Source of the DNA: Alphaproteobacteria bacterium
Lineage (GTDB): Bacteria > Pseudomonadota > Alphaproteobacteria > Rs-D84
Assembly (NCBI GenBank): GCA_017650945.1
Contig: JAGCDW010000027.1
Span: 1 to 32,041, forward strand
Reading direction: 5' to 3'
Length of the DNA stretch: 32,041 nucleotides
Shown here: one piece after another, positions 1 through 8,417 of the stretch
How positions within the stretch are numbered: the first letter of the stretch is position 1
How the letters are laid out: each line of letters begins with the position of its first letter
Notes under the pieces: generated by a model
Databases searched by the model: none
Seen by the model: the letters and a program-made list of their open reading frames with translations, nothing else
What the model was told of the DNA's origin: nothing
Translations under genes and position numbers: made by a program

Positions 1-68
1 CCCGAACAAGACATGTTCCGCGATGCTGCAAGTTTAACTATCGCCCGCCATAAATCTTCATGTGTCAT
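1..68 (-). CDS. HTH transcriptional regulator, N-terminal fragment running off the window (alphaproteobacterial HTH/S24-type family)
   Basis: Hand translation of the minus strand from the ATG at 68 gives MTHEDLWRAIVKLAASRNMSCSG, with a GGAGAG RBS. It resembles the 'H..IW.AID.LA....S.SGLA' N-terminus of alphaproteobacterial HTH regulators. Not in the ORF track. Confidence 0.7.
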   Translation of the reverse strand, partial: MTHEDLWRAIVKLAASRNMSCS

Positions 69-224
69 TATCTCTCTCCTTTTTGACAAGATTAGATTTT
101 ATTTTGACTTTCTTATTATAGTTGAACTATGTTCCTAGGACAAGATTTTTTTCGCTGTATGTTTTCCTAATTGCCTCAGGGTGTCGTCGTGCCGCGGTAT
201 AAAGAAAAAATATAAAACAATTGC

Positions 225-252
225 TTGACAAGAATGTCTTTTGTGTTATATT
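225..252 (+). promoter_or_regulatory. Putative sigma70 promoter for the 286..603 gene
   Basis: TTGACA (225-230), 16-bp spacer, TGnTATATT (-10 at 247-252). Confidence 0.5.
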
Positions 253-285
253 TGAGGCTGTAAACATAAACCAAAAGGTGAAAAT

Positions 286-603
286 ATGAAAAAGTCTATT
301 GTTTTGTCTATTATCTTGGCGATTTGTGCTGGTGTGGCACATGCTGATTATTATCGGACGCGTACAAATAATTGTGATCCGGCGGCGATGCGTGCAACAC
401 TGGAACGTGCGGCGCGTGAACACCGTGCGGTTATCACCGAAGTAAACTGTGAATCTGTTCGTGTTGAACCGGTTGTGGTCGCGACACCTGCGCCGGTTTA
501 TGCGCCGACTTACGCGGCACCGGCTATGGATTACAGCAATATTCCGGTGGTTGATTGTGTGCCGTATCCGACGCGCTGTGAATATTGTGGCGGACAATAT
601 TAA
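286..603 (+). CDS. Small secreted hypothetical protein (Pro/Ala-rich, Cys-containing)
   Basis: AAGGTG RBS, signal peptide MKKSIVLSIILAICAGVAHA, followed by a terminator. Confidence 0.75.
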   Translation: MKKSIVLSIILAICAGVAHADYYRTRTNNCDPAAMRATLERAAREHRAVITEVNCESVRVEPVVVATPAPVYAPTYAAPAMDYSNIPVVDCVPYPTRCEYCGGQY

Positions 604-621
604 GGAAGATAAACTTAAGTT

Positions 622-645
622 AAAACCCGCAAATTGCGGGTTTTT
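622..645 (+). terminator. Rho-independent terminator
   Basis: AAAACCCGC-AAATT-GCGGGTTTTT. Confidence 0.8.
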
Positions 646-705
646 GTCTGTTTGATACTTGCAAAATTAAAAAAGGTTGTTATCATTACGCAGGATTTAA
701 AAGTT

Positions 706-1374
706 ATGCAAATTTTCAACAGTAAAGTTCTTTATCTTATCGCGGGACCAAATGGGTCGGGAAAAACAACACTTGCCCGGGAAATTATTGATGAAAATCC
801 CGGAATAAAATTCCTTAATACCGACGATGTTCAGCGCGAAAATAACGTAAAGCCCCAAGTCGCAGGCCGTATGGTTTTACAAAAAATGAAACAACTTTTT
901 TCTACGCACGATTCTTTTATCTTTGAAACAACGCTTTCAGGAAATAACAATTATATAAAACAGGCACGCGAAAATGGTTACAAGATAGTTTTTGTTTATG
1001 TGTTGTTATCGAATGTTGAACAAAATATTGCGCGTGTCCGGCAACGTGTCGCACTTGGTGGACACGATGTTCCCGAAGATGTTATACGTCGTCGTTATTA
1101 CCGCAGTCTTTTAAATATTGACGCGGTGCAAAAGCAATCTGACCAATGGGAAATTTACTATAATGGTGAAGATAAATATGAGCTTATTGCGCGTGGCATC
1201 GGTAATCAAATAAACGTTATAAATAATCCGCGATATAAAAATTTTATTGAACGTCGCGGTAAAATTTTATCTGAACATTTATTAGAACTTGGACGGTGTG
1301 CGGCACACAAGGCTCGTCTTGCCGCTATAAATGCGGGTGTGCCAATCGCTGATATTCAAAACACTGGTCGCTAG
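706..1374 (+). CDS. Zeta-toxin-like / COG4185-type P-loop ATPase or kinase
   Basis: Walker A IAGPNGSGKTT, FETTLSG and the RVxxRVxxGGHDVP motif. Start moved to the ATG at 706 (AGGA RBS). Confidence 0.85.
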   Translation: MQIFNSKVLYLIAGPNGSGKTTLAREIIDENPGIKFLNTDDVQRENNVKPQVAGRMVLQKMKQLFSTHDSFIFETTLSGNNNYIKQARENGYKIVFVYVLLSNVEQNIARVRQRVALGGHDVPEDVIRRRYYRSLLNIDAVQKQSDQWEIYYNGEDKYELIARGIGNQINVINNPRYKNFIERRGKILSEHLLELGRCAAHKARLAAINAGVPIADIQNTGR

Positions 1375-1468
1375 ATTAATTCTATAAAATTCGATTCACT
1401 AACACTATAAAAAACACTTGCACGCGATTCGTGAATTGTTCTATGATGGGGTAAGGAAGGAAAGGAAC

Positions 1469-2818
1469 ATGAAACGAACTCTGGTTTCTGGATTGGGATT
1501 TTTGTTGGTTTTTCCGGCACTTGCGGGGGCGCGTTTGCCGGCGGTAAATGTATCAGGCGGCGGTGTTTCCGCGCGTGAACAATACGGTTTGACAACAACA
1601 CGAAGTGCACGTCCTGTATCGGTTGTTGCATCGCGTGTCGCCGATTCTGTGCATCCTGTAACGGATAAAAAACGCGTTGTTGCGCGCACGGCCAGTACGC
1701 AAAATTTTGCAAACGATGCGGGAACGCGCAATAATCTTATGGCGGATTATTTGGTTCCGAATCGTCCAAGTTCTGATTTGTGGGCGAAAAATGATACACC
1801 GCTGCGCATGCCACATGCGGATGAGTTTTCTGTTTTAACATCAAACGAAGTTTTACCCGAAGAAGACCTGGGACCGATTTCCAGTTTCGCGCGTTCTGAT
1901 AATCGTGATGATGAAATATCTGAATTGGCGGTACGGACATCGGCACTTGATTCTCAGATTGCGCGGTTGATGGATATGCAACGTCGCGCTGAAGAATCGG
2001 TTGCGGCGCATCCGGTAACGAATTTGCCATCGGTTGAAACAAATATATTTTCTTCTGCACCGATTGCTGTGAACCCAAAGCGTGAAATCGCGCCAGTTAC
2101 GGAAGAAATCCCAACCCGCACAATCGCAAGTGTTTCCGAACCTGTGGATGATGGGGTAAAGCTTTCGCGCCTTGTTGTGTCGCGTGATGATGGTGATGAA
2201 GATGTTATTTCACGTGCGGTTCGCAAAAATACTTCGCCAAAAATCAAAGAAGTTCGTGAAGATATGACAAAGATGACACCGGCCGAATTGCGCCGCGCAT
2301 TTAGAAAAACATTTTTGTCGGAAAACAAACATCTTTCAACGTATCCGGTCGATGACCGCTTTGACGCGGTAAGCGATATGGATAATTCTATTGAAGGTTT
2401 TACATCGACCCGCGATTTATCTGAAGATGTCGAAAGAATTCGTCCGTTGGAAATCAAAATAAAATTCAAAAATACAGATTCGGCGCTGTCGCGTGAAAAT
2501 TATAATTTGCTTTCGGAATATGCCGGCATAGTAGTTCATAATCCAAAGCGTGCGATTCAGATTGCTATTCCGGAAATATCTACTGAAACGACCGATGCGC
2601 GGAAACTTGCTGCGCGGCGTTTAGCCATTGTTGAACAGGTTTTGCGCGATACTGGCGTTTCTGAAAACCGCATTGTGCCCGTATTATCACAGCGCGATGA
2701 TGAAAGTTTTGTTCTGCGCGTGATTTCTAACGAGCAATATGAAACATTGACCAAGCAAACGCGCAATAAATATGGTCGCGATACCAGTTCAAAAAAGTAT
2801 AAAAGTTTAAGTTGGTAA
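1469..2818 (+). CDS. Secreted protein with a degenerate OmpA-C-like C-terminal domain
   Basis: Strong RBS (AAGGAA), signal peptide MKRTLVSGLGFLLVFPALA, low-complexity middle, and a C-terminal 'IKF...SALS...LAARRLAIVEQVL..TGVSENRI' resembling an OmpA/MotB fold. Confidence 0.6.
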   Translation: MKRTLVSGLGFLLVFPALAGARLPAVNVSGGGVSAREQYGLTTTRSARPVSVVASRVADSVHPVTDKKRVVARTASTQNFANDAGTRNNLMADYLVPNRPSSDLWAKNDTPLRMPHADEFSVLTSNEVLPEEDLGPISSFARSDNRDDEISELAVRTSALDSQIARLMDMQRRAEESVAAHPVTNLPSVETNIFSSAPIAVNPKREIAPVTEEIPTRTIASVSEPVDDGVKLSRLVVSRDDGDEDVISRAVRKNTSPKIKEVREDMTKMTPAELRRAFRKTFLSENKHLSTYPVDDRFDAVSDMDNSIEGFTSTRDLSEDVERIRPLEIKIKFKNTDSALSRENYNLLSEYAGIVVHNPKRAIQIAIPEISTETTDARKLAARRLAIVEQVLRDTGVSENRIVPVLSQRDDESFVLRVISNEQYETLTKQTRNKYGRDTSSKKYKSLSW

Positions 2819-3561
2819 TGTCTAAGGTTTCCGGTCTTTGTCGCGATTGTTTTAATTCGATAATTGATTTTCTGTTTCCGCCATCTTGCCCTGTGTGTTC
2901 TGCGCGCGTGAAAGTGCATGGCGAGTTGTGCGATGATTGCTGGGGCTATTTCAATTGGATTGATGGGCCGCATTGTGCGTGTTGTGGATACACTTTTCCC
3001 GATGGATACGAATCAAATAAAAAATCTATGTGCCCGGTGTGCGCCGCGGGCAAGAACGAATTAGAATTTACGCGTGCGGCGTGTGTCTATGACGATATGT
3101 CGCGTTCGGTTATGTTGCCGTTTAAGCATGGCGGCCGTATAAAGTTCGCACGATTTATGTCGCATGCGATGATATGGGCACTGCGCGATGTGGATATAAA
3201 ACCGGACTTGGTTATGCCGGTGCCACTTGCGAATCGCCGACTTTTTCAGCGCGGCTATAACCAGGCGACCCTACTTGCACGGGAAATCGCGCGGGCGTAC
3301 GGTGTGCCAATTGACTTTAACAGCGTGCGCCGCAAATATCGTCCGAATATGGGCCATAAAACGCATGCGCAAAGGGCGGCGCATATTCGCGGCGTGTTTA
3401 GTGTCGCAAATCGCGAAGCATTGCGCGGGAAAAAGATTTTACTGGTCGATGATGTTATGACATCGGGCGCAACATTTAACGAACTTTCGCGCGTCTTGCG
3501 GCGTGCGGGCGCGGCGGAAATATACGGCGTTGTCTTTTGCCGCGTTGTCCGCGCGGAATAA
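2818..3561 (+). CDS. comF: ComF/GntX family protein (double zinc ribbon plus phosphoribosyltransferase-like domain)
   Basis: CxxC pairs, RGYNQA and ILLVDDVMTSGAT. The ATG overlaps the upstream stop (TAATG). Confidence 0.92.
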   Translation: MSKVSGLCRDCFNSIIDFLFPPSCPVCSARVKVHGELCDDCWGYFNWIDGPHCACCGYTFPDGYESNKKSMCPVCAAGKNELEFTRAACVYDDMSRSVMLPFKHGGRIKFARFMSHAMIWALRDVDIKPDLVMPVPLANRRLFQRGYNQATLLAREIARAYGVPIDFNSVRRKYRPNMGHKTHAQRAAHIRGVFSVANREALRGKKILLVDDVMTSGATFNELSRVLRRAGAAEIYGVVFCRVVRAE

Positions 3562-3620
3562 AATAAAAAATACGCATTTTTTATGATATAATTACCTTTG
3601 AAGGACAAAAAGGATTTATT

Positions 3621-4166
3621 ATGAAACGCGCAATAAATTTTAAGATGAAAAATGGGAAAATAGTTGTTATTCGGCCATTAAAAGCGGCAGATTACGGTAT
3701 TGCTATGACTTTTTTAGATAATTTTGTTCGTGGTCCAGGTGCTATACAAACCATGCAATATCTAGGACAACCCAAAAAGGACAAGCAACAAACAATCGCT
3801 TTTTATGAAAGTCCAAATAATTTGATATTGGGGGTGTTTTATAAGAATAAAATGGTAGGGCAGTCAAGTATAGTTAAACAAAATGTTGGGCATCCTTATT
3901 CTGGAAATGGCGCAGTTATAGGGACAACTATTCTTGAACAATATACTAGCAACGGTATAGGCAATAAATTACGTGAAATTATGGTAAAATGGGCAAAAGA
4001 AAATAATGTTCACAAAATTACAACTCATGTCCGACATGATAACATTCGGTCAATTGGTAATAATTTGAAAAATGGTTTTATTATCACAGGTATATTACAT
4101 GATGCGGTATGTATAAATGGTAAATACGTGCACGAATATATATTTGAAAAAATTCTTGAAAAATAA
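3621..4166 (+). CDS. GNAT family N-acetyltransferase
   Basis: IRPLKAAD, YTSNGIG (acetyl-CoA loop-like) and NxxSIxxxxKxGF. AT-rich relative to neighbours. Confidence 0.8.
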   Translation: MKRAINFKMKNGKIVVIRPLKAADYGIAMTFLDNFVRGPGAIQTMQYLGQPKKDKQQTIAFYESPNNLILGVFYKNKMVGQSSIVKQNVGHPYSGNGAVIGTTILEQYTSNGIGNKLREIMVKWAKENNVHKITTHVRHDNIRSIGNNLKNGFIITGILHDAVCINGKYVHEYIFEKILEK

Positions 4167-4392
4167 AGGATAAACCCTAGAAAAACAGTTGGTGCACAAT
4201 TAGAATAAAACAGGTTGTTTATTCTAGTACTACAGCACCCCGATGTTTTGGTGCCGCTCTCTGGCGGTGTAACGTTTCTAAGGAATTTTGGGGGATCCAA
4301 TTTTGTTGCGCGGCGACAAGAATAAATATAGATGCTTGAAATTCATTTTCGATTTGATAGAATTCGATAAAATAATCATAAAGGGTAAAGAT

Positions 4393-6792
4393 ATGAAAAT
4401 AGATTTGGGTAAAAACATTGCGCCACGTGATATTGAAACGCGTATTCAGAAATTTTGGGATTCAAACGATTTTTGGCCGAATGATGTTAATTCGCAAAAG
4501 ACACCGTTTTGCGTTATGATGCCGCCACCAAATGTGACGGGAAATCTGCATATGGGACATGCGCTGGATAATGTGTTGCCGGATATTATTTGCCGTTATA
4601 AACGTATGTGTGGTTATGATGTTTTGTGGCAACCGGGGACAGACCATGCGGCTATTGCGACCCAGTTATTAGTAGAACGCGATTTATCAAAACGCGGTAT
4701 CAATCCACACGCGTTATCTTTGGATGAAAGATTAAATGCGGCATGGGATTGGTGCAAGGAATATGGCGGTCAGATTATACAACAACTTCATATCCTTGGT
4801 GCAACACCGGTTTGGAAACGCGAAAGGTTTACTATGGATGATGGGCTTTCACGTGCGGTTACCAAATTATTTGTAAAAATGTATCACGAAGGTTTAATTT
4901 ATCGTGATAAACGCCTTGTGAATTGGTGTCCAAAGCAACAGACGTCTGTGTCGGATGTGGAACTTGAAACACGCGAAGAACGCGGAAAGTTTTATTATTT
5001 TAATTATCCATTGGTGGGTGGTGGCTTTATTGAAATTGCAACGACGCGTCCGGAAACACTGTTTGGTGACCAAGCGATTGCAATTCATCCCGAAAACGAA
5101 AAGTTAAAACATTTAATCGGGAAAAAGGCGATTATACCACTGACCAATATTGAAATTCCGATCATTGCCGATGAACACGCGGACCCGGAAAAGGGAACGG
5201 GTGCGGTGAAAATTACACCGGCGCATGACTTTGATGATTACGAGGTTGGTCTTCGGCATAATTTAACACCGGTTTGTATTTTGACACCCGATGCAAAATT
5301 GATAAACGAATCGCCGGTGCCGGAAAAATATTGTGGTATGGACCGCTATACTGCGCGTGCGGCGGTTGTTGAAGATATCGAAGCCGCCGGTCTTATGACA
5401 AAAATCGAAGATAAAATTATTCCAACGCCGTATTCTGAACGTGGTGGGGTGCCGGTTGAACCAATGTTGACCACGCAATGGTTTGTTGATGCAAAAACTT
5501 TGGCACAGCCCGCAATCAAGGCGGTGGAAGAGGGTAAAATAAAATTCTTGCCGGAACATCGGTACAATTTGTTTATGTCGTGGATGAATAATATTCGCCC
5601 ATGGACAATTTCGCGGCAACTTTGGTGGGGACATCATATACCGGCGTGGTACGATGCGGACGGCAATGTCTATGTTGCAGAAACCGAAGAGGAGGCCGTA
5701 AAGCAATCAGGTGGTAAAACACTTACCCAAGATCCTGATACGCTTGATACATGGTTTTCATCGGGGCTGTGGCCGTTTTCAACACTTGGGTGGCCGGATG
5801 ATACACTCGAATTAAAACGTTATTATCCAACAAATTATTTATGCACTGGTTCAGATTTGATATTTTTCTGGGTCGCGCGAATGATAATGATGGCTATTTA
5901 TGTTACGGGGGATGTTCCGTTCAAAACTGTTTATTTCCACGGTATTGTTGTTGATAAACATGGTAAAAAAATGTCCAAAAGCAAGGGCAACGGAGTTGAC
6001 CCATTGGAAGCGGTGGAAAAATTTGGTGTCGATGCTTTGCGTTATTGGATTGCGACCGCACCGATTGGAACAAATTTGCCATATAATGAAGACGAGGTTA
6101 AACGTGGTTCAAAGTTGCTTACGAAACTTTGGAATGTTGCACGATTTGTTTTGGGTAATTTGGAAAGTTTTGAACCAACGGGAAATGCGCCGGCGGTTGC
6201 GAATCGTCCGATAGAAGACCGCTGGATTTTATCCGAGTTAAACAAAACAATTGCCGAAGTGCGTAAAAATCTGGATAAATATGAAAATCATAATGCGCGC
6301 AGTGCGATTGACACATTCTTTTACGACATCTTCTGTGACCAGTATGTTGAGTTTATCAAGGACCGTTTTTGGTCACCGGAAAAATATGGTGCGGAATCTG
6401 TGTTGTCGGCACAGTGGACATTGTGGACGGTGTTGCGTAGCATAATTGGCCTGTATGCGCCGTTTATTCCGTTCCTGACCGAAGAATTATGGCAAAAGAT
6501 ATACATGCCCTATGAGGGTGGCAAAACATTGCACCTAACCGAATATCCAACCGTGTGCGCGGAATACGATACGGATGTTTCAGATATGCAATACGCAATT
6601 GATGTGATTAAAACTGTGCGCACATTGCGGACAGAGCGCAAGATTGGAAACGGCGCAAAACTTGAAACACTGACCGTGCCGCAAAATGTTCCGACCGCGC
6701 TTTATGGTCTGATAAAATCCGGTGCGCGTGCGAACAACATTGTTGCGGGCGATGCGGTTGATTTCGTTGTTGCGGATGCGGGGGCGCGGTAA
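4393..6792 (+). CDS. valS: Valine--tRNA ligase
   Basis: PPPNVTGNLHMGH (HIGH), TTRPET and GTGAVKITPAHD editing motifs, ISRQLWWGH, DTWFSS and KMSKS. Start set at the ATG at 4393. Confidence 0.97.
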   Translation: MKIDLGKNIAPRDIETRIQKFWDSNDFWPNDVNSQKTPFCVMMPPPNVTGNLHMGHALDNVLPDIICRYKRMCGYDVLWQPGTDHAAIATQLLVERDLSKRGINPHALSLDERLNAAWDWCKEYGGQIIQQLHILGATPVWKRERFTMDDGLSRAVTKLFVKMYHEGLIYRDKRLVNWCPKQQTSVSDVELETREERGKFYYFNYPLVGGGFIEIATTRPETLFGDQAIAIHPENEKLKHLIGKKAIIPLTNIEIPIIADEHADPEKGTGAVKITPAHDFDDYEVGLRHNLTPVCILTPDAKLINESPVPEKYCGMDRYTARAAVVEDIEAAGLMTKIEDKIIPTPYSERGGVPVEPMLTTQWFVDAKTLAQPAIKAVEEGKIKFLPEHRYNLFMSWMNNIRPWTISRQLWWGHHIPAWYDADGNVYVAETEEEAVKQSGGKTLTQDPDTLDTWFSSGLWPFSTLGWPDDTLELKRYYPTNYLCTGSDLIFFWVARMIMMAIYVTGDVPFKTVYFHGIVVDKHGKKMSKSKGNGVDPLEAVEKFGVDALRYWIATAPIGTNLPYNEDEVKRGSKLLTKLWNVARFVLGNLESFEPTGNAPAVANRPIEDRWILSELNKTIAEVRKNLDKYENHNARSAIDTFFYDIFCDQYVEFIKDRFWSPEKYGAESVLSAQWTLWTVLRSIIGLYAPFIPFLTEELWQKIYMPYEGGKTLHLTEYPTVCAEYDTDVSDMQYAIDVIKTVRTLRTERKIGNGAKLETLTVPQNVPTALYGLIKSGARANNIVAGDAVDFVVADAGAR

Positions 6793-6793
6793 A

Positions 6794-7531
6794 ATGTCCG
6801 ATGCAAAACTGATTAAGACGCGCGAACTGCTGGCGTATCAATGTGACCGATATGGAAATATTCGGCCTGGAATTTTGATGAACGAACTCCAAGGCATGGG
6901 CGACACGCACGCGGAAATGCTCGGGTGCGGACGGACATTTATACATGAAAACAATATTGCGTGGGTTGTTACGCATTATTTGGTGGACATTGTTGATATG
7001 CCACGCAATGGCGAGATTTTGACCTATTCATCATGGCCCGCGGTCCAAGATAACCTGCGCGCGACCCGTGATTTTGAAATTCGCGATGAAAACGGGAAAC
7101 TGCGCGTGCGTGCAACATCACAGTGGGTGTTGATTGACCTGAGCCGTCGTCGTCCGCTGCGTTTGGACGAATGGCTGAATCGCAAGTGGCCAGACGATGT
7201 CATTCGCGCATACGACCGAAAATTCGAACGCTTTCCGGACTTTGACGCAACCAAGACCCACGTGTTGAAATGTCGCTTTGACGATATTGATGAAAATCAG
7301 CATATAAATAACGCGGTCTATGCGGTGTGGGCCACCGAAAGTGTTGGATACGAATACCGCAACACACATAAACTACGTGGCATAGAATTAAACTATAAAC
7401 ATGAAATAAGCCCGACAACGCCGGAAGTCTATATTGATGTTGCGTTTGATGGGTTGACAACGCGCCACCGTATTCGAACGGCCGAAACCCCTGAAAATGC
7501 ACAGATTGTATGTTATTGGGAAGATTTATAA
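6794..7531 (+). CDS. Acyl-ACP thioesterase (FatA/FatB-type double hotdog fold)
   Basis: YQCDRYG, AWVVT, SQWVLID and the catalytic DIDENQHINNAVY motif. The ATG at 6794 directly follows the valS stop. Confidence 0.9.
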   Translation: MSDAKLIKTRELLAYQCDRYGNIRPGILMNELQGMGDTHAEMLGCGRTFIHENNIAWVVTHYLVDIVDMPRNGEILTYSSWPAVQDNLRATRDFEIRDENGKLRVRATSQWVLIDLSRRRPLRLDEWLNRKWPDDVIRAYDRKFERFPDFDATKTHVLKCRFDDIDENQHINNAVYAVWATESVGYEYRNTHKLRGIELNYKHEISPTTPEVYIDVAFDGLTTRHRIRTAETPENAQIVCYWEDL

Positions 7532-7558
7532 AAAAAACCGGCGCGATGCCGATTTTTT
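7531..7558. terminator. Bidirectional terminator between convergent genes
   Basis: AAAAAAACCGGC-GCGAT-GCCGATTTTTT. Confidence 0.65.
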
Positions 7559-8123
7559 ATTGCAACCAAATCGAAGCGTAACCCGTTGGTGCACTTGCCC
7601 CAGATGTATTTGGATCGCTGGCTGCCATTGGAACTTTTACATATTGTGCCACAGGGCGACTATCGGCATTGCCGCTATAAGTCAAGACTTTGCCCGCAGA
7701 TGCCGTTGCGGGCTTTTGAATTGCATATTGTTCCACCGCGGCAACAGACGGATATTTAACAGTGCTTCCCGTGTTACCACTATCAGAAATTGTATCGCCA
7801 GACGCGCCGGTTATTTTATTGTTTTTATCTTCAGCATAACCAACAACCGCGCCTTCGGTAACCGGTACAGCAGAAGTAGTGTTGGTATTATCAATTGTTG
7901 TTACGGGTTGCACACGTGTCAAAGCGCCACTTGAATTTACCTGCATAATGGCATTTTCGTTTGTGTCGGTTACATTACCACTTCCGTCCTTGGTGCTTTG
8001 GTCAACAGCGACACGCGTTTCATCAACATATTCTTTGGTTGTGAAAATTTCGGTTGCCGATGCAACAAACGGCAAAACAGCAAAGAACATCGCTGAAATA
8101 TAAATTTTGTTAAAATACCGCAT
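7557..8123 (-). CDS. Secreted Thr/Ser-rich hypothetical protein, fibre-like
   Basis: Signal peptide, TTKEYVD, EDKNNK, YPSVAAVE and GKVLT motifs reminiscent of fibre or adhesin stalks. Confidence 0.7.
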   Translation of the reverse strand: MRYFNKIYISAMFFAVLPFVASATEIFTTKEYVDETRVAVDQSTKDGSGNVTDTNENAIMQVNSSGALTRVQPVTTIDNTNTTSAVPVTEGAVVGYAEDKNNKITGASGDTISDSGNTGSTVKYPSVAAVEQYAIQKPATASAGKVLTYSGNADSRPVAQYVKVPMAASDPNTSGASAPTGYASIWLQ

Positions 8124-8417
8124 AATCCCGCCTTTTTTGACCTTTTCCCGAGAATTATGGTATCAATTTTGAAAATTTTTGTAAAGCATAAAATTATCAA
8201 GTAATAAAAAAATCTGCTCTGATATATCCGACGTTATCAACGCATTGAAAACTTCGGACATATTGAATACAGATTTCTTGTTTGTTGTTGTTTTGTATGC
8301 GAACATTATACCACAAAAAAAGCCAAGCCACAAATAAAAAATATTTTTCGTTGCAATCGTGATAAATTTTTTTAAAAATACCACCGCGAAAATAACAATA
8401 ATAACAAAGGAGACACC

